The translations under genes and the position numbers were made by a program. The notes under the pieces are model-generated. The model made no database searches, was not told the origin of the DNA, and saw nothing but the letters and a program-made list of their open reading frames with translations. 64,000 nucleotides of DNA from Octopus vulgaris (Eukaryota), in contig OX597826.1 of assembly GCA_951406725.2 (NCBI GenBank), positions 34,596,001 through 34,660,000 of the forward strand, given 5' to 3'. Of the stretch, positions 26,786 to 40,399 are shown piece after piece; the stretch's first letter is position 1, and every line of letters begins with the position of its first letter.

Positions 26786-27783
26786 CGGTGTTGTTTTCTG
26801 TCTTGTTATCCGCCTCAGTGTTTCTTTTTTATAGTTGTTGTGTGTGTTACTGTATGCGGTCATATTTTGTATTTCGTTTGCCGTTATCATGGTTGCAGTT
26901 TATGATGTCGTATTCCTTATATTTCACCGTTTCTAACGTTATTGTTTCGATTCTTTTATATCCTTGGTCACACAGAGCCAATATCATTGTGGTGTATCAT
27001 TGCATTATAACAATTATATTTCATCTTTAAGCCAGAATAGCAGTAGAAACTAATTTAGTGATTGCGTTAATGTTAATTGTTTGTTAACTTCTAATGTTGT
27101 TGCAGTCACTGCATTTCCTGCAATCAACAAATTATTCATGCCACAAGGACGGCTGTTCAGCAAACCATGAACCAACAAACAGATAATTGCTAATGAAACT
27201 AAATACCTGTCCGTTTGTCTATTAATGCATTTATACATTCAGCCAGCCAGCCAGCAGCTATCCAGGTATCGAATCCACTGCATAATGTCATCTAACCATA
27301 TGGCCTTTCTTATAACTTTCTCCCAAGCTGACCAACATTTGTGATACCGTTAAACCTCTTATGTTTATATTCAGTCTCCGGTGAATCACCCACCTTGCAA
27401 TATTAATACTCAGCTAAAATATGACAGCAGAGATCAATAATACTTTTGTGCAGTGGTCCTTTGATTGATTTTGAATTTTCCCATGGTTAACAAACATAGA
27501 ATATAAAAATATCTCTGGATTTCCCTTCTCAATCATCAGCGGCCATCAGCATGGAGTTACTACACAAGCAAGAGTTATTTAATTCGATTTAGCCGGATAC
27601 ACGAATAACCCATGGACCCCAGGCGCTCGCATATACATACAATGCCAAAAACACAGCGACATGCACATCCGTAAATATATATGCGCGCGCGCGTGTGTAC
27701 AGATATTGTTAGATATATGTAAGTATATATATTTATACATATACATACATATATATACATATATATATGTGTATATATATACG

Positions 27784-27814
<31 letters not shown>

Positions 27815-29654
27815 GTATGTATATATATATATATATATATATATACGCGAGCATATTTTTTATACATAAATACATGTCTATTGGACAAAAAAAGTTTGAT
27901 ATATAATAAATATACATATACATTTACGTGTATACATTCATAAATATATATACACTCTATACATAGACACATGCATATGGATATATATATCCACATGCGC
28001 ATACTGAACCTCGTGTGATATGTGCTTGCATGGTTTTTTTTATTATATAATTATTTACTCATCAGTCTCTACCAAACACAATTCAGCCATCATAATCTAG
28101 ATCAAGGTCATGCGTAACTTTGGTCAAGTTTTCTCTACAGAGATTACTCTTCTTACGCGCTTAGTGTTGAAATGACGGGAAACATAATATATTCTAATAC
28201 TTGCTAACATCAGCCTAGTTTGAGCCGTCTATAGAAATTTAGTTGTCGTTGTATACAGTCCAGCTCGAGGTCTTATCTTGTTCAGACTATAAATGAATGC
28301 TTACTACATATTCTGGAAATATTTCTTGGAAAAGACTGGTCAGCTCTCTCGTCGATCCTTTATGCTTTATAAACAATTTTCTGTTAAACCAGGGTTATGC
28401 CTGGAAGTTTACTAATTCGTCGGATATACAACGCAGTTATTATTTATTGTAAAACATGTAAATGCATACATTGCACATTTGTATATATAATTCTATGTTT
28501 TGTATTTGAAACGTTTCTCTATATGCGACCGATGTTTCGTATTAAGGTCTTACCTCCAGAAGCAGATGAAGAAAGACAGAGAGAGAAAGAGGGAAAAGAG
28601 AAACAGTGAGATAGACATTCAGTCAAACAGACTGAAACAGAGTAAGAGAGAGACTTGAATATTTATTTGGATGGACGTAATGTGTTTTATCTAATCGCAA
28701 TCTATGAAATATGACAGAAAGTGGTATAAACCTTCTATTTGTTGAATTTCAGTACAGCATTCTGCTGATGTCACTTTGGCTAGAATCAATCAATTAAGAG
28801 AATCTGAAAGAAAAAATGTCTATTGGTTTCGTGATACGCTGTTTGTGACACTAAATCAAACAGGTTTTAGTTTAACGTATTAAATACATACCAGAGTACC
28901 AGATCATATTAATCAATATCCTAAAGCTCTGACGGGTGGAATGTTGCCATAAACAGTCAGATGTTGAAAAAATTGTATAGCAGCATTTACTTTACATCCA
29001 TCTATTTCCTTATTTCAAGTTCCGTCCTGTTTATTTTGTTTTTACCTTTCCATGACCCCAGAAAAATAGTATTTGATGTTATTTTTCTGATATTGTTAAT
29101 TTTTGTTTTCATCTTACTTTAATTTACATCTCCACAAAGCAGAGGTTTCCATTTTGTACAAAGAGAATAATTTTACAAAACTTTTATATATATGGAACAG
29201 TATAAATCTGGAAATCGTCTTTTCTAGCGACGTGTTACGATATGGGGAGGTGAATTTAGATTATACAAATGAAAGCGGCCTGTTCAAATATATAATAAAA
29301 AAAATACAGTAGCTTCAAATCACATACCAGGAAGTCGAAAAAGATCATATGTAATCAGCTATCTCCACACTGCTAATACATGATAGAAGCAACAACAGTA
29401 TACGAGGCTTTGAGTTCATTAAGAGCTTAACCTATATGATGCGGTCTTAATTTTGCTCAGAGCAAACCGTTGTTTTTTTATTAGAAAATATTAACAAAGT
29501 TAACACACAGTAAATAACGTTATACGGCACTGGACAAATATCACAGATTTCTTCCAATTCAATAGAAACACAAACTAATGGGTGGACAAGGCTGCACTAG
29601 GTTGTAGAATGAAACATGCGATAACAAAATGAATTTATGAATTACAATAACAAT

Positions 29655-30010
29655 AATCCTTTCCAAAATATGAACGAGGCCAGAAATAGTTTTGGTAGAG
29701 ATCAAAAAGTTAATTACATCAGCAGTAAATACTTTATTGTTAATTCAATTTAAAGATTAGTAAATATGAAAGGCAAAGATGACCTCAACAGTATTTGATC
29801 TCATAATATTGAAAGTCGGGACTAAAGACCGCAAGGAATTTGCTCAATTATCAAATGGTTCTATAAATGTGCTGTCCTAACTTCTAAAATAGACACAAGG
29901 CCATAACTATGTGTTTAGAATATAGTTGACTATATTGACTCTGAAGTCTTTCTTTGGTACAATTTTATCGACTTCGGAAAGATAAAAAGCAATCACAAGC
30001 TAGGCAGGAT
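29655..30010 (-). mobile_element. Highly degraded Nin-SINE copies
   Basis: 'atgaaaggcaaagatgacctcaacagtatttgatctca' and 'ggtacaattttatcgacttcggaaagataaaaagcaa'. Confidence 0.5.
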
Positions 30011-31059
30011 TGCAAAAAGACTTAATTAAATATTTGCAGTTTCGTCCACAGTGGGTTCTGACGGATACTTATTGAACAGCTTGTAGTAAAAGAAAAACCA
30101 TTGAAAAGCAACATGAAAGATGTCGCTATTGAAAATATAAGCAAAAAAAAAAAAGAAAAGAAAAATGTCATATACACGCTGTAAAAGATTTCATGAAATA
30201 ATATGATATGAAGATTTATTGATGACGTAAAGAGTTTGAGATTATTCAAATAACAAATTACTACACTGGAGGCAACTATGTATGGTTGCATATATGAAGG
30301 CTTGTTTGTGTATCAATGTGTGTAATGTTGGCACGTATACTGAATCGATGTGCATGTGACTCATTAAATACTCATGAATTCAGGCATGCTTTCTTACTGC
30401 TGCCCTTTGTCTATTTACCAACTTTACGCAGACACGCACAAACACACACAAACAAGCACACACACACTATAGATAGATAGATAGATAGATCTGTGTGTGT
30501 GTGTGTGCATATATCTCCCCCTCTCTCTCGATATATATATATATATATACATGCATGCACACATGCATAGAAATATATGTGTGGATATTTATTTTGCGTG
30601 CAAGAGGAGAGAAACGGTGATTTCAATCTAAATGCAACTCCATTGGTAATATGCAAGCTGTAGATATCCTAAAGGGTTTTCTAATGTTTCAACGAGTAAT
30701 TTGCTAAATATTCGCTAATCAGTTTGGAACCAATATGATATCTCAATCCGCGTGATATCTGCAAAATTCATCACAGAATATAAGCATAAATGCATCTTTC
30801 AGCATTTTATTGGATACCATATATTTACAAAAATCTACAATGATTTTTACATTTATTGTTCAATATTGACGTTAGATAAATGTTTCAACACATATACCTT
30901 CCCACACAGAAATAGATGTGTAAATATGTACACATTTACGGCTGCATGTATTTGCAAATATGCATACATGCAAATCATGCTTCAACATAAATACATCTAA
31001 TTACTATATTCCTTTCCTGGTAAGCTAATGTAGCGTGTTTGAGCTTCCCTTCGTATACC

Positions 31060-31061
31060 TC

Positions 31062-31120
<59 letters not shown>

Positions 31121-31144
31121 CAGTTATCTATCTATCTATCTATA

Positions 31145-31193
<49 letters not shown>

Positions 31194-31345
31194 GTTTCTC
31201 CGTCTGTCTGTCTATATATCTATCTATATGTCTTTCTATCTATCTATCCAGTTATCTATCTACCCATCTATTTAGCAATCTATCTATCTCCCTCTCTCTC
31301 CCTTTCTCTCTCTCTCTTTCTTTCTCTCTCTCTCTCTCTCTCAAT
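31060..31345. repeat. (TCTA)n/(TC)n microsatellite
   Basis: Directly visible in the sequence. Confidence 0.95.
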
Positions 31346-31362
31346 ATATATATATATTTGAG

Positions 31363-32220
31363 GCAAATACAAAAATGGGACAAGAACTCAAAACATCCAG
31401 ACAATTAGGTGATACAAAATAGGGGACAACAAAATATCCAGACAAGGAAATCAAGGACGGGTAATTCGTAGTATCCTCAGTCGAATTCCAGATTATCTTT
31501 GCAATTGCGACTGGTTATACTCGAGATTGCACCAAACTGGCCAGCCCCAAGGAAAAAATAAGCGAAGAGCATTAGATACATTGTAAGAATGCAGCGAATG
31601 TAAACGAAAACAAGGACGGAAAAAAAGAGAGAAATGTTACACACATACAAATTCAATTAACAGGACATAACAACAGGTGTCTTTCGACTTAGGACGAATT
31701 AAATTAAGCTGGCGTGTGTGAAAGTAAAGCTTTACGGCAAGGACATTATATTTAACAGGCACAGGGAGGGATATAGATGTTGCACGGATGGTAGTCTAAC
31801 CAAGAAAAAAAGGTCAGGCCTGGCCGAACAGTGGTCACGTGGAGAGAGAAGAGAGAGAGGTAGAGACAGAGGGATAGAAGACTTAAGAAGGGGCAAGAAA
31901 AAATGAAAGAGACAGTGACGTGAAAGAGGAGGGAAAGTGAACATAAGGAGAAGGCCAAGAAATGTCAGACAGGGGGAACGAAAGAACGAAGTGTGGAATG
32001 AACGAAGAGTGAAAGGGCTGATAGAAAGGAGGAAAGGATGAAAGAATACAATGAATGATAGAGTCGTACAAAATTTAGATGTATATATACTTACATATAA
32101 GAGACCAAAGTGTAGGTACGCCGCTGTATTTTATATATGAAAAATATAAAAATTAGATAAGAACGCAAAACATCCAGACAGTCAGGTAATACAAACAAGG
32201 GACAAAAAAATATCCAAACA
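31363..32220. mobile_element. Non-autonomous element with about 80-bp terminal direct repeats (possibly Penelope-related)
   Basis: 31363-31444 is similar to 32141-32220 (aagaac.caaaacatccagaca...gggaca..aaaatatcca.aca); (TA)n flanks. Confidence 0.55.
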
Positions 32221-33565
32221 GACGATATATATATAATTATGCTCACCCGTACAACATTACAATCTTTACAAAGAAATAACCGATGTTCATTACTCATGGA
32301 GATCCGAGGGTTTGAGGCAAAATTTATCTGGAAAGGGCTTTATCATTCCTTACTGCTGTAGAAACAAAACATTACTGAGCATCTAGTTGTACCTTTTACT
32401 CTTTGTGTCACCGGAACAGGTGTACATGTAGCATTTAGGAACACTATTTGTTCATCAAATATTATTTTTTTCATCTTGTCCGAGGTTATTCATGATATTA
32501 CTAAAATCGGTGTTCCTTTAGGAGAATGAATAATAACGGTATCCCCTTCGAGATTCATAATTCATTTCAAACTACCCGTATCCTATTCGAGATTCATCAT
32601 TTATTTCAAATCTTTCCTAAGCCCTTTTTCAATATGAAAATAATGAGTATAAATTCTAACAAACGCAGACTGTCAAATATTTGAAGGGAAGATGTTAGTC
32701 AAAAATGCTATCCTCAATGTGGTTGGTAAGCAAGTCACTTACCACACAGCCACTCCTATATATGTGTGAATCTGTGTATATATATATATATGTATATATA
32801 GTCTCACACAAACTTACATGCATGTGTGTGCATGAGTGAGTATGTCTTTGAGAGAGACCACGCCTGCAGCAACAACTACAGTAATTGATAACCATGCTCT
32901 GAATCTACACAGAAACACCGACGCCCTCACGCGTATACACACGTAATTATAAATTATAAATTAATTGCTAAATTTTAATAGTAATGATATAAGAAATTAC
33001 AGTATCGCTATTTACTCTGAATGCGATATGTTTAAGATGCTCGAACGGCTGTTGTAGGTTGGTGGGTGGGGTAAGAATCGGCGTTGTTCTTTTGAAATCT
33101 TAGGTTGGTACTTATAATGACTTTCATAATTTATAGTTAAACATTAAGCGTTAATATACGATTCATTCACGTCGTAAACATGAAGACATTGTGTCGTATT
33201 TGGTTATGTTAGAGAGTCGCAGGTGTAGGAGTAGAGTGAAGGTTAAGCGAGGGGATGATTACATATGAAATGAATGCGCTGTCTATTGATAGCCGACTCT
33301 GTGTTGTGTGATGCGCTAAGTGGCTACTTTCTTTGAGCTGGCTACAAGGATCGAATTCTCTTAGGAAAACTGTCCAGATACTCTCATTCCGTATAATGTT
33401 CTATACCACACATATATACACACACACAAATACAAGCACAAGACACATATTTATACAAATACAGAAAGATATATTGTAGCTGTTTCCTTGGATCGACTTT
33501 TGGGCTAAAATTACATATGTAGTGCGTCAACATTTTCGGATTTGACAATGATTATAGCTTAAACC

Positions 33566-33971
33566 CTTTTACTCTTTTACTTGTTTCAGTCATGTGACTG
33601 TGGCCATGCTGGAGCACCGCCTTTAGTCGATCAAATCGACCCCAGGACTTATTCTTTGTAAGCCTAGTACTTATTTTATCGGTCTCTTTTTGCCGAACAG
33701 CTAAGTTACGGGGACGTAAACACACCAGTATCGGTTGCCAAACGATGTTGGGGGGACAAACGCAGACACACAAATGCGCACATACACACACATATATATA
33801 TACATATATACGACGGGCTTCTTTCAGTTTCCGTCTACCTAATCCACTCACAAGGCTTTGGTCGGCCCGAAGCTATAGTAGAAGACACTTACCCAAGGTG
33901 CCACGCAGTGGGACTGAACCTGGAACAATGTGGTTCGTAAGCAAACTACTTACCACACAGCCACTCCTGTG
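33566..33971 (-). mobile_element. Full-length CORE-like tRNA-SINE (family C)
   Basis: Collinear with 13208-13606 over its whole length. Confidence 0.9.
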
Positions 33972-35449
33972 ACAGTAAAATAAAGACTCGTTCTCACGAG
34001 CACTGAAGGTACTTCAATGAAGTAAGTACCAACCAAGTTGCGAGGATGCTCAGAGGATTGTAATTGATTTTTCACTATAATGCGCTTTGAGTTCGCTCAT
34101 AAAAGAGGAATGCATGGGCGTTGCGCCATTTCATTGTTGCAACTGAAACTGTGATTGCGACCGGCATATTGCAGTATCTGGAGTATTTTGCGGTCCAATG
34201 AACCCAAGATTTGACCTGTACATAAATAAGAAAGAAACGACAAAACAAACGGGAAATATACATTTATTTTAAATTTAATCGTAAAATTTTTTAAAAATTA
34301 CAAAACCTTGTGCACCACTCACTCTACTCCTATTTCTGCACGTCAGAATTGTTGATATTGATATTGAACCAAAAGACAAATCAAAGTTGGCTAGACTCTT
34401 AGAACATCTTAGCTCTTCTACTCACGTTAATTCACATATACGTTTGAATACCTGTATAAAGACAATTACATGTTATTTCATGGGTTGTGACCCTCCTAAG
34501 TTCATTTGAAATATAACAGGTGTTGGTATCTATTGATTAAGACATTCAGAATTTATTCGCCTGAAAGGTAAGCATTTGCTCGTTATGCTACTGACGAGCT
34601 AATAATGCACAACTTCTCCTTGCTACTGGCTTCCATTTCAATAGCGAGCCTCTGATATCACACCTCTAATATGACAGGCGGACACGGATACTGAGTCACA
34701 CACACCAAATCAAATGCAGACAGTAACACACACATACACGCACACACACGTTCATAAACACTTGTAGAGAAATAAACAAAAAGAAGCCTGATATATTACT
34801 GCATTTTGACAACTTTTTGATGAATTGTCAAAAGCCTTTGCAGTGCTTGTTCCGGCACTCTGGTGTCTGCATTGGAATCCCGTCGAAATCGGCATTACCG
34901 TTCATTATTTCTGCGTCGGAAGATTTGGGCTGATAGAATTGTAACCACAATGAAGAGCTTCTTTCAGAGTATCTTTTCCTTGCATTCTGAGTCCAAGAAT
35001 CCCCATACAATGATTGGTCTCTCTGTTGTGGAGGAACAGCCTCTTGTTTCTGATAAGGCCCCAGTGTCAGTCTAAAATCACATCTTATTTATATCAATAA
35101 TAAGTGATGAACGCACTGAGCGTTGACAAACATGAGGGTAGATACAAACGAGAGGGTCGTTGAGTTTTTGTCACAAAGTTGCAACGTTTACGAAAACATA
35201 CCGTTGGTAAAATTGACTCCAACACCTAGTTGGTACCTATCGTATCGGCCCATGATGCATGAATCACAGAATCCACTTGGTGGATTCTGAACTCAAAGCT
35301 TACAGAGTGGTAATAATTTTTTTAAAATATTTTCTCTGGCACTTTATTTATTTTCTCTAGCTAGTCTTGAATTCAACCATTTTCTGTTTGTGTCACAAAA
35401 TTTCTCATTAAAAAGTAACAAAGATTAAGACGTCACACTCGAACCATAG

Positions 35450-35666
35450 ACCCATAAAGGCCAGTTTCCTGAATTTGTTAGAGTACATATTCACCCGTTG
35501 AGCCAGCAGCAATACGTTGCTGCATTACTCATTCTTCCAGGTGAATGGACTGGAAAAGCGTGTTCTTTTGTTCAAGAACACAGCACATGTTTCGTTTGAG
35601 GAATGGGAACTACAATCTTATGATCATCAGTCCAACACACTAATCATTAATTCACACGCCTCCACA
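35450..35666 (-). mobile_element. Degraded family D-like tRNA-SINE
   Basis: 'tggactggaaaagcgtg...tgttcaagaacacagcac...cacgcctccaca' parallels 18840-18968. Confidence 0.55.
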
Positions 35667-36384
35667 TAGTATCAATTATTTAATTAATGTAAATAAATAG
35701 TAAATTTACTATCATAGTAAACTAATACATTACTAACATATTTGCTGACTCTGTTTAGGTTACAATCAAATTGTCTGACTTGGGACTAACCAATGTCTAC
35801 AAAGTTTCCAAAGCAACTAATGTAGGGTTCTTTGGCAATTCATTCTGGAACATACTTTATGCCTAAATTATTTTTGAACATTATTTCCTTTGTTAACTCA
35901 GAAATGTTTTGTGGTTTAAATAGCACCAAAAGTAATATTTATTTAGCTAGTTAACATGGTCTAAAATTCAAGGCAATATCGTAGTTTTATATAAAATTGC
36001 TTATTAGTGGCGTTAATTCGATACTAATAATGAGAGGCCTAATACAAGAATTTTTAATGGAATATTCTTACCACTAGTTATTGTGCTTAAATAGTTTTAC
36101 TGCATTTATGTAATTTGCATAGAAACAGAGTAGAAACAGTAATGAGGAAAATAGCCGCCAGCAAAATAAAAAAGAAGTACTAATTATATATTTAAATCTA
36201 AGATATTATATTGTTTTTTCTCAGACCAGTAAACAGAGAGAAAGGCGTTAAGAAAGACAAAAGCTTACAACTTTACTTTTAACATAAAATGATGTTAAAA
36301 AAGTACAAGTGAACAAAGACGTATGCAACAAATCAATAAAAGTATTAGAAACTTCTTAAAATTGTTGTCTATTACAAGTGATGC

Positions 36385-36431
36385 TCATTACTGAGACGGC
36401 TAAATCAACCCGAAACATCGATGTTTGATGA
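36385..36431 (+). ncRNA. Minimal type I hammerhead-like motif
   Basis: tcatta CTGA-GA cgg..ccc GAAA catcgatg TT tgatga. Stem I tcatta/tgatga, palindromic stem III, and the N7 nucleotide is missing. Confidence 0.5.
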
Positions 36432-36672
36432 TTCTTTTATATCACTCTGTGTCAGTTCGGTTTTTTTAACACAAGATCTTGTTTAACTGAAAAATATTAT
36501 GGCTAACACCGTCTTGTTTGTTTAAACATTATACTTGTCGTTATAGCCTAGAGTATGATGTTGGGCAGAGCTACACAAATCTCATAAAATGCCTGTGTAA
36601 TATTGTGTTAATTATTTACAAAATAAATTAAAAATTAAAAAATTCTAAACTTTATTATGTTCATTATATATT

Positions 36673-36826
36673 GTTCAAATTCCGCCGAGGTCGACTTTGC
36701 CTTTGATCCTTTCAGGGTCGATAAATTAAGTACCAGTTACGCACTGGGATCGATGTAATCGACTTAATCCGTTTGTCTGTCCTTGTTTGTCCCCTCTGTG
36801 TTTAGCCCCTTGTGGGTAGTAAATAG
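36673..36826 (+). mobile_element. Nin-SINE (family B) fragment
   Basis: B box, Nin domain and linker closely match the reverse complement of 4610-4770. Confidence 0.85.
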
Positions 36827-37915
36827 ATATATATATTGTTTCCGGTATAAATTAATATTACTAAGAAATATTGCCGGTCCCTGGTACATTGGGGAAAAAG
36901 ACTGCTGGTACGCCACTTCAGATAGTTTGAGAAGCGCTGATGTAGGGGACAGACAAATAAGTGATGGTCAATGATCTAGACTTGTCGAAGCCACTGTTTA
37001 TCAGATATTATTATGTGCTACCATCTGCACTTTTGTTTACAACAAACAATATAGAATCATAAAGGAAACAAAATAAAACAAAAATAATGATATAAACAGT
37101 TAAATTAGGGAAGAAACAATAAAATGAATGAAGAAGTAAGGAAGTGAGTCATTATGTACATACATGATTATGAACAGCGCAATTTCCAGAGAATTAAACT
37201 TCATTATACACAGAAGAAATGGTTTCAATATTAGTGCGTTACGCATATTTATGAGTCACATGGTTATATCGTATGATTACGCACAGTCTGTATAAGTTAA
37301 CGAAAGCAACTGTCCAATATTTATTGACCAGACCGAGCGTCTAACTTTCTTTGACTAATCCTAGATTAGGAATTCAAATCAATTTCTTTAATTACTCTCT
37401 AGTCCCCGATAAATATTCACGCCAAACTAATTATTAAGCGTTTAATTTCATTTACCATATTGAGATGAAAGTTATTTCTGGCCAACACAAGTCCCAGTTT
37501 TTTTCCCCTTTATTAATATCAAAATATAATCCTTTCTTTCGATTCATCAAGATCAGAAGCCAAATAAAATACATATAATAAAAGACATCGTTCTTAAAGT
37601 GTGCCTTAGTCTATCGTTGCTGGCTTGTTTGACGTAGGATTTGACCAGGGCCTTATATGCTGAGTAGACATTAATTAGATACATAGTGTTGTCGTTGTTT
37701 AAAGTAGGGAATACGCCGAAATCAGTAGACTGGGTCTCGTGTTCTGTGGATACAGACTTAAATCTGGTTCGAGATATGATGACCTCTTGATAAACTATCT
37801 ACTATGGTGTGTAGATCTTCGTAAAATAAGAGTTAGTATTGTTTGAAGTTAGCAATTTGTCATAATGCCTTCTTTATCATATATGGATAAACTATCCATA
37901 ATTTGCAGGAGAACG

Positions 37916-38312
37916 ATAGCGTCTTATAAAGCTAGATTTATATATCCTAAAATTGCAGAAGAATTTGTCGCTAGGCAGTTTTTTTTAGCTTAATAGTAAA
38001 GCACTGGCCGCATAATCACAGGGAAGCGAGTTCGAGTCTCAAGGCTGGCCGCCGACAGATGTTTCAGCAAAATATGGATAATTTATTCTGTTCATACTAT
38101 ATTATTAGCATTATCCTGCGTTTGAGAATAAAGTTGTTTCCTTATCTCTATCTTTCAATACAATATGTTAGTTGAATTTACCGTATGATAGCGTCTTATA
38201 AATCTAGGATTATGTATCCAAAAATTGCAGGAGAATTTGTCGCTGGGCAGTTTAGCTTGATGGTAAAGCACTTGACGCGTGAGTTCAAGTCGCATGGCTG
38301 TCCGCCTACAGA
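37916..38312 (+). repeat. Direct duplication of about 145/125 bp containing a tRNA-like sequence
   Basis: 37916-38060 is similar to 38187-38312. A box 'tagcttaatagtaaagc' and B box 'gagttcgagtct'. Confidence 0.75.
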
Positions 38313-38448
38313 GAAGATTGCATTGTTTATACCTTTTATTCTTTTGAATAAGTATCAGTGGAATTTTTGAAACATATGTAGAAAGAAAAAATACTTGTTT
38401 AAACCTGCGTTGACTCCATTTTTTATTCCTATATATATATATATATAT

Positions 38449-39350
38449 ATTACATGCTAAAGTGCGAGCAAGAGAGAAAATATTCTTATGATTATAAACC
38501 TAGAAAAGTACAGGACAAGTCATTACAATTGGAAAAGTTCAGGACAAGTCGTTACAATTGGAAAAGTTCAGGATAAGCTATTACAACTGCTAAAGTACAG
38601 AACAAGGATATTTTCACTTAAAATATTGCAGCTAAGGATAAAATTTCAAATAAAATATTTAGATTTAGACAATATCAGGTTTTATTAGGAGTAAAAAAAA
38701 ATATTACAAGTTATTACTTTCATTTGTTATTATTTGTTGCTTCTATTAAAAATAAAAAATAACTCCATAAAAGTATTTTTTGCACTTTAAAAAAATTCAT
38801 TTTCGGAATTATTAATTTAGAATTAGAAATTTGAAAATAGGTTATAAAGAATAATATTAGTTGATAATTAGTACAATGAATAGAACAATACAAAAATTAG
38901 TTATATATTACAGTAAAATCTAACTATAACAACTAATTCACAGTAAAATTTGCTTGATGTATTACCTAAATTATTGCCTAGTCTTCACATTTTTAGACTT
39001 GACCCAATGCCTGTTTTTTACATAATGAATTTGCCTGCTGTATATACTATTCTACTTTGCGTAAAACTTTTGCTATATTGGTACTTCTGGATCTAATTTT
39101 TTAAGTATTCTAGTGTGTCATTATTTCAACAAAATGACGGTACCGTTTTACAATTATAATGTTACTTTGTAAATTAAAATCTAATAATTCTTAATATTCA
39201 AATTTTATCCTTAGCTGCATTAATTTAAAGAAAGATTTTCTTTTTCTCTACTTTACCAGATGTACTAGCTTGTAATAACTTGTCCTGTATTTTTACATGT
39301 TTATAATCTTAAGAATATTATTTCTCTTACCCTGCACTTTTCCATATAAT
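38449..39350. mobile_element. Foldback/MITE-like element with about 175-220-bp inverted arms
   Basis: 38449-38667 versus the reverse complement of 39176-39350 (e.g. tgcagctaaggataaaattt / aaattttatccttagctgca). AT-rich non-coding interior. Confidence 0.75.
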
Positions 39351-39539
39351 CAATGTTTTTTCCTGGTTATGCTTCTATGATAATTAACAATGTGTGTCAA
39401 ATATGTGTCAATTAGTGGTGTTGCTGATAATATTTTCGTTACCTCAATGATGCCGGTGACATATATTTAAAATCACCTTATATATTCATAAAAATGTACA
39501 GAACTATATTATCAACCTCAAATTTGAGAAACAAACTCC

Positions 39540-39810
39540 CAAAATTTTTTTGCCCTTAAAACTTCATTGCCTGAGATTGCTGCCATGAATTGAGCCGTAA
39601 CATTTAAGCATTTTATACAGGATATGTGCTGTTCCTATAAGCACTATCTTTTGAATTTCTGACATTTTGGGGTTTCCTGTATCTGAGACAGGTATCAATC
39701 AGCCTCTTTTGCTATCCTTCCTAGGGCACCAATGACAACAGGTATTGTTTCAGTCTTCACGTTCCACATTTTTCCAATATCTATTTCGAGAGCTTTATAC
39801 TTGCTCATTA
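39540..39810 (-). mobile_element. R4/Dong-clade (RLE) LINE 3' fragment
   Basis: SKYKALEIDIGKMWNVKTETIPVVIGALG, then after a frameshift EIQKIVLIGTAHIL. This is the typical R4/Dong C-terminus; the 5' junction lies in (TAA)n. Confidence 0.85.
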
Positions 39811-39825
39811 TTTTTATTATTATTA

Positions 39826-40016
<191 letters not shown>

Positions 40017-40026
40017 TTTATAATAA

Positions 40027-40243
40027 TAAAGCGGTGAGCTGGCAAAATCATTAACGCGCCCGATAGACATAGTGGGATTCCTTCCTGCTTCTTCACCTTG
40101 TGGGTTCAAATGCCACCGATGTCGACTTTATATTCCGTCCTTTCGGGTTCGTTAACATAAGTACAAATTGTTCCCTGGTCTTGTCGGGATAGACATAAAC
40201 CTTCCAATAAAATTACTGGCCTTGGTAGCAAAATTTGAAATCA
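40027..40243 (+). mobile_element. Degraded Nin-SINE (family B monomer)
   Basis: 'gcggtgagctggcaaaatcattaacgcgcc' head, 'gggttcaaat' B box and 'tcctttcgggttcgttaacataagtac'. Confidence 0.7.
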
Positions 40244-40350
40244 TTACATTAGCTTCAGCAACGGCAGCTGCACCAGCAGCATCAGTTGTAGTGGTTATAC
40301 TAGTGGCATAGTAGCAGCAGCAGCAGCAGCAGCAGTAGCAGTAGTAGTAT

Positions 40351-40399
<49 letters not shown>

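Noticed and set aside
32547-32610. 25-bp direct repeat (ttcgagattcat..tt.atttcaaa)
   Set aside because: Short local duplication with no further structure.
38502-38588. CRISPR-like 29-bp repeats
   Set aside because: Head-to-tail repeats with no spacers, in a eukaryotic context with no cas genes.
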